DNA from: Planctomycetota bacterium
GTDB taxonomy: Bacteria > Planctomycetota > UBA1135 > UBA2386
DNA length: 64,000 bases
Assembly (NCBI GenBank): GCA_050245995.1
Contig: JBFWWV010000001.1
Span: 175,437 to 239,436 of the forward strand
Direction: 5' to 3'
Shown: piece after piece, positions 1 through 10,805 of the stretch
Layout of the letters: every line of letters starts with the position of its first letter
How positions within the stretch are numbered: position 1 is the stretch's first letter
Program-made: the position numbers and the translations under genes
The notes under the pieces: model-generated
What the model was told of the DNA's origin: nothing
What the model saw: only the letters and a program-made list of their open reading frames with translations
Databases searched by the model: none

Positions 1-462
1 AGCATCGAGCCGTCGGCGGCGGGGGCGGCGACCGTGCCGGTCGCGACCGGGTCCTCGATCACCGCCAGCGGCCGGCGGTGCCACAGCCGCAGCGTGCCGC
101 CGTTGCGCACCAGGTCGCGGAAGAACCGGTCGAACTCCGGCCACTCGAGGTAGCCGTCACGGCTCTGGTCGAGGCGGCGGAACCAGTCGGTCGTCGACGG
201 GTCGCCGATGTCGGCCATCGCGGCGCGCGTCTCGAACAGGTCGAGACGATCGTCGCCGTCGTCGTCACAGGCGGCGAACAGCGCGCGGCTGCGATTGCCG
301 TCGTACTCGTAGAGCACGGCGCGCTCGGCCTTCGGCGCGTCCTGCGCGCCCTCGCCCTGCGGCGTCATCGATGCGATCACCGCGGCGGTCGGCAGGGCCT
401 GGGCGCGCGGACCGGTGCCCAGCAGGGCGATCAGTCCGAGGGTGCAGAGGCCTTGACGCATC
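1..462 (-). CDS. Secreted EF-hand calcium-binding protein; 3' end runs off the left edge of the window
   Basis: Not in the ORF track because there is no stop in the window. Hand translation from ATG (cat at 460-462) gives MRQGLCTLGLIALLGTGPRAQA (signal-like), then two EF-hand-type loops, DDDGDDRLDLFE and DQSRDGYLEWPEF. Frame stays open to position 1. Confidence 0.55.
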
Positions 463-532
463 GTTGTCGCTGGTTCTTCGGCGCGGGCGCCCGGCGATCA
501 TAACCCGGGCGCCCCGGTTCGGGACCGTCGAA

Positions 533-1792
533 CTACGGAACGAACAGACAGCCCGGCCCCAGTCGCCGCGCCACCGCGCCCGACGGCGCGGTGCCATCGA
601 AGCTCGCGACCTCGATGCGGAAGCCGCCGCCGGCCAGCTCGTCGACGTGGCTCTCGAGCCGCGCGCCGAGCGGCGCCAGCACCAGCGCGTCGATCGGCCA
701 GCGCACCGACAACGCGGCCTCGGCCATCGCCGCCTGGGCCTCGGTGGCGGTCTCGTGCTCGCGCAGCGCGAAGCCGGCGGCGGTCAGCGAGCGCCGCACC
801 GACGGCGCCGTGGCACGCGTGACGAAGCACACGGCCTGCTCGACCGGACAGCCGTGCGCGATGCCCTTCAGCAGCTTGCGGAACGACAGCTCGCCGCCGC
901 GTTCGCGCGCCTGGGCCTGCAGCGCCTCCAGGTCGACCAGCACACCGAGTCGGTCGAGTCGCGGCGGTGGCGGCGCCGGCCGACGCGGGGCCTGGTCGCG
1001 ACGGCCGCGATCGCGATCGTCGCGGTGACGCCCGCCGCGATCCCGTTGCTCGGGATGCCGGTGCTCGGGATGCCGGTGCTCGCGATCCCGGTGCTCGCGA
1101 TCGCGGTCGTCGCGATCCCGGCCGTGGCGATCGCGAGGGTGGCGATCCTGCTCCTGGCGGTGTCGATCGCCGTGCGATAGGTCGTCGCGCACCGGCTCGC
1201 GTTCCGGGTGATGGTCGTCGTGCGGTTCGACGTCGGCCGGCACCTCGCCGTCGGGATGCCGGCGCTCGGCGTGCGCGTCCCGATCGCGGTCGCGGCCCCG
1301 ACCGCGACCGCCGCGGCGTCGACGCCGCGAGCGTCGCTCGTCCTCGCCGTGCGGCGCCGGGCCGTCGGCCTCGGGCTCGTCGGCCGCATGCGGCGCGGAC
1401 CGCGCCAGGTCGGCGTCCTCGAAGCCGTCGTCCGGCGCCGCGTCGTCGGCCGTCGTCGCACGCGGGCGCGAACCCCGCGGCTCCGCGGCCGTGCGCTCCG
1501 CGGCGTGTTCGCCGACGGCGATCTCGGCAGGCGCATACTCGGTTGGCGCATACTCGGTTGGCGCATGCTCGGTTGGCGCATGCGCGGCTGGGGCGGGTTC
1601 CGCGCGGTCCCCGCGCCGTTCGACGGCGGCGTGTCGGGGGGCGGCCGGCTCGGGTCCGGTTCGCGTCGGCGGCGGCGCGGTCTCGTCGTCGGCCGCGTCC
1701 CGGGCCGATGCCTTGCGCCGGGTGCGCGGGGACCTGGGTGGGGGCGGCGGAGGTGGTTCCTCGTCGAAGATGTCGGCCCCGAAGTGGCTCAT
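533..1792 (-). CDS. NYN/LabA-like domain protein with a long Arg/Asp/His-rich disordered N-terminal region
   Basis: Part of track ORF 533..2125. Start moved to internal ATG (MSHFGADIF, cat at 1790-1792). C-terminal ~130 aa (LGVLVDLEALQAQARERGGELSFRKLLKGIA...IDALVLAPLG...GFRIEVASF) resembles the NYN/LabA fold. The middle is RDRDRD/EHRDREHRHPEHRHP low complexity encoded by 15-bp tandem repeats. Confidence 0.5.
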   Translation of the reverse strand: MSHFGADIFDEEPPPPPPPRSPRTRRKASARDAADDETAPPPTRTGPEPAAPRHAAVERRGDRAEPAPAAHAPTEHAPTEYAPTEYAPAEIAVGEHAAERTAAEPRGSRPRATTADDAAPDDGFEDADLARSAPHAADEPEADGPAPHGEDERRSRRRRRGGRGRGRDRDRDAHAERRHPDGEVPADVEPHDDHHPEREPVRDDLSHGDRHRQEQDRHPRDRHGRDRDDRDREHRDREHRHPEHRHPEQRDRGGRHRDDRDRGRRDQAPRRPAPPPPRLDRLGVLVDLEALQAQARERGGELSFRKLLKGIAHGCPVEQAVCFVTRATAPSVRRSLTAAGFALREHETATEAQAAMAEAALSVRWPIDALVLAPLGARLESHVDELAGGGFRIEVASFDGTAPSGAVARRLGPGCLFVP

Positions 1793-2021
1793 GCAGTTGC
1801 GGCGTTCCGCGGCGCGGGCCCCCTGTGGGCGCCAACGCGGCTCGGACACGCTAGCAGACTGCCGCGGCGGCTCCAATGGGCGATCCGGCCCTTCGCCGTC
1901 TGCGGTCGGTCCTTCGGGTCGCTGTCGCAACGGTTTTCGCACGAGACGCTTGTCCCTGCGGCCCTCGCCGGCTTGCATCACGCTCCCCCTCAAGCCCTCC
2001 GACCCCATCGAGGACCTCCCT

Positions 2022-2456
2022 TTGAACGCTCGCAAAGCTCTCCTCGCAGTCACCGTGACCCTGGCCGCGACGCTGGCCTCCTGCGGCTCGCTGCGCCGCG
2101 CCGGCAAGGACGCCTTCATCGGCATCAGCTCGCCGTTCCTGATCCTCTACGGCGGCGCGACCGACGGCTACGGCTCGGCGCGCACCGTGCGTCAGGGGCT
2201 CGACAGCGGCTCCGCCGTCGAAGTGCTGGCGTTCCCGTTCACGTTCTTCTACCACGCAGTCGAGCACGCCCTGTACTGCGGCGTGCACATCCTCGACCTG
2301 CCGTTCACGCCGTTCTACGCGCTCACCGAGCTGCCGCCGGACAGCGCCGAGATCAAGCCGCTCGACTTCTACCAGGGCACCTGGTTCGACGAGCCGGAGA
2401 TGAGCGGCACCGACGCGACCAGCGGCGAGACCACGCCGCCCGGCTACCGCCGCTGA
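2022..2456 (+). CDS. Small lipoprotein, unknown function
   Basis: In frame with track ORF 1491..2456. TTG at 2022 is preceded by GAGGA about 8 nt upstream. N-terminus LNARKALLAVTVTLAATLASCGS has a lipobox (LASC). The rest has normal composition (FPFTFFYHAVEHALYCGVHILDLPF). Confidence 0.5.
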   Translation: MNARKALLAVTVTLAATLASCGSLRRAGKDAFIGISSPFLILYGGATDGYGSARTVRQGLDSGSAVEVLAFPFTFFYHAVEHALYCGVHILDLPFTPFYALTELPPDSAEIKPLDFYQGTWFDEPEMSGTDATSGETTPPGYRR

Positions 2457-2524
2457 GTCCGCGCGACGGCGCCGCGCCGCCCGTCGTCGAGTTCGCGCGG
2501 GCCCGACGCCGTCGGGCCGGAGGT

Positions 2525-3375
2525 TCAGCGCCCCTCGTCCACGCCGACGCGCAGGCGCTCCGCGTAGAGCGGCAGGCGGTCGATCAGCGCGAACGCCGCG
2601 GCTGGCTCGCGCTGCGCCGCCGCGGTCAGCGCCGCCCGCAGGCGGCGCAGCAGTTCGATCTCCGCGGCGGTCAGTTCGCGCTCGCGCAGCCAGCTGTCGA
2701 GGTTGGCCAGCACGCGCTGCCACGCCGCGCCGGCGTCGGCGGGCCACGGCGCCGGGCGCCAGCTGGCGAACGTGATCGCGCGCTCGGCGGCGGCGTCGTC
2801 GCGGCGACCGTCGAGCTCGAGCTGGACGATCTGGTTGGCGCGGATGCGGTCGAGCACCCGCGCCGGGTCGTTGCTCCACGGCAGGTAGCGCGTGCGCGTC
2901 CGGCGCGCACGGGCGCGCCCGGGGTCGGCCTCCTCCGCCGCCGTCTGCGCGGCCGCCAGCACCAGCGGGCGCAGCGGCGGCAGGTGGGTGGCCTGCAGGA
3001 ACGCGCGCAGCGGCGCCCGCGCGCCGGCCGCCAGCTCCAGTTCGCGCTCGAGCACCGGGTCGGCGGCGGCAGTCGGCGACGGCGCGAAGTGCGCGCGCAG
3101 CCCCTCGGGCACGAACCCCAGCTCCGGCGGCGGCGGCGCGTCCACGCCGAGCCGCCGCAGCTCGACGAGCCGGGCGCCGGCGACCATGCGCTCCACCGTC
3201 GGGGCCGCGGCGTCGTCCGCCACGCGCGCGTAGCCGCGCGCCGCGCCCTTCAGGTCGAGGTCGAGGACCTCGCGCAACCAGGCGCGGTGCAGCGAGGGCG
3301 CGTGGTCCTGCGCGGCGGCGCCGGCCGCCATGGCCAGCACCAGGACGAGGCGGGCCGCGTGCGTCGTGGCGTCGA

Positions 3376-3379
<4 letters not shown>
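2525..3379 (-). CDS. Hypothetical secreted protein, last gene of the two-component operon
   Basis: ORF 2525..3379. N-terminal signal-like ARLVLVLAMAAGAAAQD. Its ATG overlaps the response-regulator stop by 4 nt (ATGA at 3376-3379). No domain recognised. Confidence 0.5.
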
Positions 3380-4106
<727 letters not shown>

Positions 4107-4110
<4 letters not shown>

Positions 4111-6284
4111 GACGTCGACTCGGGTGCCGCGGGTGGCGGGGGCTCGGCGCCGGCCGCGGCGGCCGGTCGGTGGACCGGCAGGTGGATGCGGAAGATGCTG
4201 CCGCCGCCGGGGCGCGGCTCGGCGACGACGCGGCCGCCGTGGGCCTCGGCGAACAGGCGCACCAGGCTCAGGCCGATGCCGGCGCCGCGCACCTCGCCGG
4301 CGTTGCTGGCGCGGTAGAAGCTGTCGAACACGGCGCGCAGCTCGCGGGGCGGCACGCCGCGGCCGCGATCGAGCACGCTGACCACGGCGTGGTCGCCGTC
4401 GCGCCGCAGCACCAGCTGCAGCTCGAGGTCCGGGTCCTCGTCGCGGGCGTACTTGACCGCGTTGTCGAGCAGGTTCATCACGGCGCCGGCGAACGCCTCG
4501 CGATCCACCGCGGCGATCACGCCGGACTCGAACTCGGCGCCCAGGTGCGCGCCGCGCGCCGCGAGGTGCGGCTCGTAGGTCCGGGTGATCGCCTCCAGCT
4601 CCCGCTGCAGGTCGGTCGGCTCCGGCGAGTAGTCGCGGGTGCCGGCGTGGTGGCGCGAGAAGTCCAGGATGCGCTGGATCATCGCCGTCAGCCGGCTGGC
4701 CTCGCGCGCGATCACGGCGCCGAACTGCGCGGCCTGGTCGTCGTCGCGCGCGCGCTTCATCGCCAGGGTCTCGCCGTACAGGCTGATGAGCGACAGCGGC
4801 GTCTTGAGCTCGTGCGAGACGCGTGACACCAGGTCGACCTTGAGTTCCAGCAGCTCCGATTCACGCGACGTCGTGCGCCACAGCCACAGGGCGCCGACCA
4901 CCGCGGCCGCGAACAGGCCGAGCACCAGCAGCGTGGTGTTGCGGTCGGCGGCGCGCGCGTCGGCGAGGTAGCCGTCGAGGTCGGCCGGGTAGGCGCGCAG
5001 CATCATGCCGTGGCTCTGCAGGGCGGGCGGCGCGAAGTCGTCGGGCGCGGCGGGCGCCGCTACCACCGGTACGCCGTCGCCGTCCGCGATCGCCAGCACG
5101 AACGATCCGTCGCCGCGCACGAACGGCTCGACCGCCGAGGCCAGCAGTTGGCCCAGGTCGAGCCGCAGGCCGATCCAGTCGGCGCGCTCGGTCTCGGCCA
5201 GGACGGCCGGGCGCAGCAGCAGCAGCGCGCTGGGATTGCCGGCGGTGATGACCTGGCGCAGGTCGCGCTGGGCGTCGTCGCCGGGGTCGAGCGGCGCGTT
5301 CAGGCGCCGTCGCACCGTCTCGCGCAGGTAGCGGCCGTAGTCGGCCGCGAACGCGCGGGTGTGCAGGTGGATGCCGACCTCGGCCAGGGCCGTGGCGGCG
5401 GCGTCGGCGTCGAGCGCGGCCGCCAGCCGTTCGGCCGCGGCCTGCAGCAGCGCGTCGCCCAGGTGGTCGCGGCGGCCGTCGGCGATCGCCGCCAAGAGGG
5501 CGAGCCGGGCGCCGGGGTCGTCGTCGAGTTCGCACAGCGCGGTCTCGGCGAGCAGCCCGCACACCAGCGCGTCGTGGTCGAACAGCCGGTCGAACGACCG
5601 GAAGAACCGGTTGCCGCGCAGGTCGTCGGCGCCGTCGCGCGCGCGCTCGAACGCCGCACGGGCGGCGTCGTCGTCGCCGCGCCGGCGTTCGATGGTGCCG
5701 AGCCGCAGCAGCAGCGGCACCTGCAGCGACAGCTGCTCGACGCGGCGGCGGGCCGGCTCCGCCTCGTCGAGCTCGGCCAGGGCGCCGCGCAGCTGGCGCG
5801 CGGCGTCGTCGAAGCGCTCGTGCAGGAGCAGCAGGTCGACCGCGTGCAGCGTCGCGGCGACCGGGTCGTTGGGGCGCGGGTCGTCGCCGCGCAGCGGGTC
5901 GCGGCCGGCGTCGCGGTGGAACGGCAGTCCGAGCCGCGCGCTGGCCGGCTCCGGATAGCGCAGCCGCCCGCTCTGGCTGACCAGCACCAGGTCCAGCACC
6001 GCGCCGAAGCCGCGCGCCCGCAGCTGCCGCACGGTGCCGGCCGGCCCGTGCTCCGCCAGCAGGTCCTCGGATTCGCGGGCCAGCGTCGGCAGCAGCCGGT
6101 CGAAGCGCTGCTCCAGCGCCTGCGCGGCGGCGCGCAGGAACTGCAGCGCCTCGCGGTCGAGCGCGGCGCGCACCTGGCCGGCCTGGCGGCCCAACTCGGC
6201 GTGACCGATCCAGGCCAGCACACCGAGCGGCACCAGGAAGGTGCACAGGGCGAGCAGGTGGCGGCGGAACGGGCGCTTGTTCAT
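4107..6284 (-). CDS. Sensor histidine kinase with large periplasmic/sensor region
   Basis: N-terminal TM (LLALCTFLVPLGVLAWI), second TM (TTLLVLGLFAAAVVGALWLW), H-box VSHELKTPLS, HATPase boxes LLDNAVKYA, DRGRGV, GAGIGLSLV. 4-nt overlap with the response-regulator start. Confidence 0.9.
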
Positions 6285-6453
6285 CGCAGAGGCAGCAGAA
6301 GGCTATCCGCGCCCTCACGGTCGGCAACGCGCGCCGCCGGGTCGGGACCAACATGGGGCGCCCCGCCGCCGGCCGGCGCGGCGCGGTGCGGCCGCGGACC
6401 GGCCCGGAAATCCGCGGTCGCCGGCGCCGGCCGCGTGGTATTCCTCGGCTGCG

Positions 6454-7239
6454 ATGTCCGTGCCCGCCGCACGTCGAGACCAGCGCCTGCGGCGCCATCC
6501 GCTGCGGCGGCTGCGGCTGCCGGTCGCCGGCGGCACGCTGTCCCTGGTGGTGCCGAAGGACGATTCGGCGGCCCACGCGCGCGCCGCCGGCGCGTCGGCC
6601 GCGCGCCGCGCCGGCGGTGCCGAGCCGCCGTATTGGGCGACGGTGTGGCCGGCCGCGATCGCGCTGGCGCGGTGGCTGTGCCGGCGCGGCGACCTCGCCG
6701 GTCGGCGGGCGCTGGATCTCGGCTGCGGCACCGGCGCGGCCGGCGCCGCCGCGGTGCGGTGCGGCGCGTCGGTGACGTTCGCCGACCGCGACCCCGACGC
6801 GCTGGCGTTCGCCGGCTTCAACGGCCGGGCCCAGCTGCCGGAGGACTCGCAGGACGTCGCCCGGGACCGGGCCGCGCGGGTCCGCGAGCAGCTGCTCGAC
6901 TGGCACACCACCACGCTCGACGGCGCGTTCGACCTGCTGCTGCTGGCCGACGTCAGCTATCGCCCCGTGCACCACGCGCCGCTGCTGCGGCACCTGCGCG
7001 GGTGCCTCCGCCCGGACGGGATGGCGGTGCACGCCGACCCGCTGCGCCGCGAATCGGACGGGTTCCTGGTGCAGGCTCGGGCGGAGTTCGCGCACCGCGA
7101 GCTGCGCGTCGACACCCACTTCGACGGCGCCCGGCGGTCGGTACGCCTCTGGTTCCTCGCGCGCGACGAGGCCGCGCTGACGCGGTGGCTCGGGGCCGGC
7201 GACCGCGCGGCGGCGCCGGCGGCCACGGAGCGGCCATGA
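6454..7239 (+). CDS. Class I SAM-dependent methyltransferase (Methyltransf_16/Nnt1-like)
   Basis: In frame with ORF 6241..7239; start set to ATG 6454 (MSVPAARRDQ). Motifs YWATVWPAAIALARWL and LDLGCGTGAAG (motif I), LLLLADVSY (motif IV-like). Stop overlaps the next start (ATGA at 7236-7239). Confidence 0.7.
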   Translation: MSVPAARRDQRLRRHPLRRLRLPVAGGTLSLVVPKDDSAAHARAAGASAARRAGGAEPPYWATVWPAAIALARWLCRRGDLAGRRALDLGCGTGAAGAAAVRCGASVTFADRDPDALAFAGFNGRAQLPEDSQDVARDRAARVREQLLDWHTTTLDGAFDLLLLADVSYRPVHHAPLLRHLRGCLRPDGMAVHADPLRRESDGFLVQARAEFAHRELRVDTHFDGARRSVRLWFLARDEAALTRWLGAGDRAAAPAATERP

Positions 7240-8183
7240 CGGTGGCGCTCGACCAGGTGGTGATCCGCTACGGCGCGTTCACCGCGGTGCACGGCGTCAC
7301 GGTGACGTTCCCGACCGGCGCGGTCGGTCTGCTGGGCCGCAACGGCGCCGGCAAGAGCTCGATCCTGAAGGCGCTGCTCGGCCTGGTGCGCCCGGCGTCG
7401 GGCACCATGCGGATCCTGGACCTGCCGGCGGACGCGCGGCCGGCCGAGATCCGCGCGCGGGTCGGCTACATGCCCGAGCGCGACTGCCACCTGCCGGGGC
7501 TGAACGGCTTCGAGACGGTCAGCCTGCTCGGACGGCTCAGCGGCCTGCCGGAGCGCACCGCGTACCGCCGCGCGCACGAGGTCCTGTACCTGTGCGGCCT
7601 CGAGGAGCAGCGCTATCGGCCGGTGTCGGGCTACAGCGCCGGCATGCGGCAGAAGGTCAAGCTCGCGCAGGCGCTGGTGCACGACCCGCAGGTGCTGTTC
7701 CTCGACGAGCCGACCAACGGCCTCGACCCCGACGCGCGGGACGAGATGCTGGCGCTGGTCCGGCAGCTCGCCGGCAAGCTCGGCAAGTCGGTGGTGCTGT
7801 CGACGCACATCCTGCAGGACGTCGAGGCGGTCTGTGACGCGGCGGTGGTGCTCGAGCAGGGCGCCGTCGTGGCGCAGGGCCCGATCGGCGAGCTCACGCG
7901 CACCAGCGGGCGGCGCTACCTGCTGCAGGTCGAGCCGCCCGAGCTGGCGCTGCCCGAACACCCGGCGCCGGGGCTGCGGCTGCACGCGCTCGGCGCCGGC
8001 CGCTACGAGGCCGAGGTGCAGGAGGACGATCGCGGCGCGCCGCGGGCGCTGTTCGGCCTCGTCGACCGGGCCGGCGGCGCGGTGCGGCAGCTGGTGCTGC
8101 GGCGGCGGTCGATGGAGGAGGTGTTCCTCGGGGCGGTGCAGCAGCACCAGCACCGGCCAGACGCCAGTGAGGCCGCGCGGTGA
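7236..8183 (+). CDS. ABC transporter ATP-binding protein (ABC-2/CcmA-like)
   Basis: Embedded in shadow ORF 5010..8183. Begins MTVALDQVVIRYG. Walker A GRNGAGKSS, signature YSAGMRQKV, Walker B VLFLDEPTNGLD, H-loop LSTHIL. Confidence 0.9.
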   Translation: MTVALDQVVIRYGAFTAVHGVTVTFPTGAVGLLGRNGAGKSSILKALLGLVRPASGTMRILDLPADARPAEIRARVGYMPERDCHLPGLNGFETVSLLGRLSGLPERTAYRRAHEVLYLCGLEEQRYRPVSGYSAGMRQKVKLAQALVHDPQVLFLDEPTNGLDPDARDEMLALVRQLAGKLGKSVVLSTHILQDVEAVCDAAVVLEQGAVVAQGPIGELTRTSGRRYLLQVEPPELALPEHPAPGLRLHALGAGRYEAEVQEDDRGAPRALFGLVDRAGGAVRQLVLRRRSMEEVFLGAVQQHQHRPDASEAAR

Positions 8184-9076
8184 CGGTCCACGGGCTCGAC
8201 TACCGGCCGGGTCCCTACCGGCCGACCGGCCGGCTGCAGCGGCTGTGGCCGCTGGCCGTCGTCGAGTTCCGGTCCCTGTTCCGCGGCAAGTGGAGCATCG
8301 CGCTGTTCCTGGTGTGCGCGTTCCCGTCGCTCGTGCGCCTGGTGCTGCTGCTGTTCTGGCTCGGGGTGCTCGGCGTCGGCGGGGATCGCGCGCGGCGCGC
8401 CGGCGCGGCGGCGCCCGGCGAGTTCGGCCAGTTCGTGCCGACCAACATCGACTTCTACGTGGAGCAGGTCGTCGCGCCGAACCACGGCCTGCTGCCGCTG
8501 CTGGTGCTGACCGCGCTGACCACGGCGCGGGCCGTCGCCAAGGACCGCGCGACCAACGCGCTCGAGCTGTACTGGACCCGCGGGATCTCGCCGCTGCAGT
8601 ACTTCGCGGGCAAGTGGCTCGGCGCGCTGATGCAGATCGGCACCCTGACCGTCGGCGTGCCGGTGGTGCTGTGGGTGGTCGGCGTGATCTTCGCGGAGGA
8701 CTGGTCGTTCGCGGCGGACACGATCGGCTTCATGCCGCGCGCCGTGCTGGGGCTCGGCGTGTTCACGGCGCTGCTGGCGGCGCTGGGCGTCCTGGTGTCG
8801 GCGTTCTCGGCCGGCGCCAACGTCGCGACGGTGCTGTGGTGCCTGCTGGTCGGCGGTTCGCAGGTCGTGGCCGAACTGCTCGGCATCCTGACGCGCGACG
8901 ACTACGGCGCCTGGATCAGCGTCTGGGACGCGGCGGCGGCGCTGGCCCGCACGGTGGCCGGCAGCGCCGGCCCGGGCGACAGCGCCGCCGGCGCCGCGAT
9001 CCTGCTCGGCGGCCTCGGTGCCCTGCTCGTGGCGCTCGCGCGGCGGCGGCTGCGCATCACGGAGGCGGTCGGGTGA
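8180..9076 (+). CDS. ABC-2-type transporter permease (polytopic membrane protein)
   Basis: GTG start overlaps the previous stop (GTGA). Six or so hydrophobic segments (SIALFLVCAFPSLVRLVLLLFWLGVL, LLPLLVLTALT, TLTVGVPVVLWVVGVIF, etc.). Confidence 0.65.
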   Translation: MTVHGLDYRPGPYRPTGRLQRLWPLAVVEFRSLFRGKWSIALFLVCAFPSLVRLVLLLFWLGVLGVGGDRARRAGAAAPGEFGQFVPTNIDFYVEQVVAPNHGLLPLLVLTALTTARAVAKDRATNALELYWTRGISPLQYFAGKWLGALMQIGTLTVGVPVVLWVVGVIFAEDWSFAADTIGFMPRAVLGLGVFTALLAALGVLVSAFSAGANVATVLWCLLVGGSQVVAELLGILTRDDYGAWISVWDAAAALARTVAGSAGPGDSAAGAAILLGGLGALLVALARRRLRITEAVG

Positions 9077-9987
9077 CCGGCAAGAGCCTCGAGTTCGTCG
9101 GCGTGTCGAAGTGGTACGGTCAGGTGTCCGCGCTGACCGACGTGACGCTGTCGGTCGGCGCCGAGGTGGTGGGCCTCGTCGGCCGCAACGGCGCCGGCAA
9201 GTCGACCCTGATGAAGCTCGCCGCGGGCATGCTGCGGCCCAGCCTCGGCCGCGTCACCGTCGCCGGCGCAGCCGCCGGCCGGCGCGCCGCGAACGCGGCG
9301 ATGGGCTACAGCCCCGACCTCGACCGCCTGTACGAGAGCTGCAGCGGGCGGCAGTTCGTGGCCTGGATGCTGCGCCTGCACGGCACCGGCGCCCGGGCCG
9401 CGCACGACCGCGCCGGCGCCGTGCTCACCGACCTCGGGCTCGGCGCGCACATGCACCGGCGGATCCGCGAGTACAGCAAGGGCATGCGCCAGCGCGTGCG
9501 GCTGGCGCAGGCGCTCGCGCACGAGCCGCGCGTGCTGCTGCTCGACGAGCCGATGACCGGGCTCGACCCGGTCGCTCGCCACGAGATCGCCGCGCGCGTG
9601 GCCGAGTTCGGGCGGCGCGGTCTGGCCGTGCTGGTCAGCAGCCACGTGCTGCACGAACTCGAGGCGCTGGTCGATCGGGTCGCGCTGATCCATCAGGGGC
9701 GGCTGGTGGCCGAGGGCACGGTCGCCGAACTGCGCGGCCAGCTGCGCGAGCAGCCGCACCGCGTGCGGGTCGGCAGCGGCGACCCGCGCGCCCTGGCAAG
9801 GCACCTGTGCGCGATGCCGCACGTCGTCGGCGTCGCCATCGACGGCGACGGACTCGACGTCGCGCTGAACGGGGAGCCGGGCTTCTATCGCGACCTCACC
9901 GCGCTCGGCGCCGCGTCGGAGCTGGTGCGCGACGTCCGGCCGCTGGACGACTCCTTGGCGTCGGTGTTCGGCTACCTGGTCGGGTGA
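9073..9987 (+). CDS. ABC transporter ATP-binding protein (second copy)
   Basis: In frame within ORF 7834..9987. GTG 9073 overlaps the stop (GTGA). VTGKSLEFVGVSKWYG, Walker A GRNGAGKST, signature YSKGMRQRV, Walker B VLLLDEPMTGLD, SSHVLHE. Confidence 0.9.
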   Translation: MTGKSLEFVGVSKWYGQVSALTDVTLSVGAEVVGLVGRNGAGKSTLMKLAAGMLRPSLGRVTVAGAAAGRRAANAAMGYSPDLDRLYESCSGRQFVAWMLRLHGTGARAAHDRAGAVLTDLGLGAHMHRRIREYSKGMRQRVRLAQALAHEPRVLLLDEPMTGLDPVARHEIAARVAEFGRRGLAVLVSSHVLHELEALVDRVALIHQGRLVAEGTVAELRGQLREQPHRVRVGSGDPRALARHLCAMPHVVGVAIDGDGLDVALNGEPGFYRDLTALGAASELVRDVRPLDDSLASVFGYLVG

Positions 9988-10805
9988 CGCGCATGGGCTA
10001 CCTCGGCACGGTCCTCGAAGTCGCAAGGCAGACCCTGGTGCTGCAGCTGCGCTCGGGCATGTTCCGCCTGCTGCTGCTGGCGCTGGCGCTGGTCGCGGTC
10101 GCGCTGTTCGTGGCCGGGTTCGATCCCGACGACAGCCTGCGGAGCCCGCGGCTGTACGCGGTGTTCTGCTGGTGGTTGCTGGGGATGGTGCTGCTGCCGT
10201 GGACGACGATGTACTTCGGCATCCAGGCGGTGCACGGCGACATCGAGGACCGGACCTTCCAGTACCTGTTCGTGCGTCCCGTGGCGCGCAGCGCCGTGCT
10301 GCTGGGGAAGTGGGCCGCCACCGCGGCGATCGCCGCCGGCACCGGCGTCGCCGGCGCCGTGCTGCTGTACGGCGTGGCGCGCATGCATCCGCACCTGTGG
10401 GCGCGCGCCGGCGACGCGACGGTGGTCTATCCGCTGGTGTTCGCGGCGACCGCCGCGCTGCTGGGCGTGGCGTACGCCGCGCTGGCCGCTTGGTTCGGCG
10501 CCATGTGGAAGCGCCCGATGGTCTGGGCCGCCGGCTACGTGGTGGCGCAGATGCTGCTCGCGAACATGCCCGCGCAGATCGGCCTGCGGGCGCTGACGAT
10601 CGCCGATCCGGCGCGGCGCTTCGCCCTGGCCGGCATCGACGCCGACCAGCGGCTGGGGCGCATGCTCTGGGTCGGCGAGCGCCGCTGGGCCGAGGACCTG
10701 ATCGGCCGGCCGCTGCAGGACCTCGCCGTGCTGGTCGGCGCGTCGCTGGTGCTCGCGCTCGCGTCGTACGCGCGCAGCGAGTACGACTCGCGCGAACGCG
10801 AATGA
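9984..10805 (+). CDS. ABC-2-type transporter permease (second copy)
   Basis: In frame within ORF 9018..10805. GTG 9984 (GTGA overlap), or alternatively ATG 9993. Hydrophobic helices FRLLLLALALVAVALFVAG, VFCWWLLGMVLLPW, AATAAIAAGTGVAGAVLLYG, etc. Confidence 0.65.
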   Translation: MTRMGYLGTVLEVARQTLVLQLRSGMFRLLLLALALVAVALFVAGFDPDDSLRSPRLYAVFCWWLLGMVLLPWTTMYFGIQAVHGDIEDRTFQYLFVRPVARSAVLLGKWAATAAIAAGTGVAGAVLLYGVARMHPHLWARAGDATVVYPLVFAATAALLGVAYAALAAWFGAMWKRPMVWAAGYVVAQMLLANMPAQIGLRALTIADPARRFALAGIDADQRLGRMLWVGERRWAEDLIGRPLQDLAVLVGASLVLALASYARSEYDSRERE

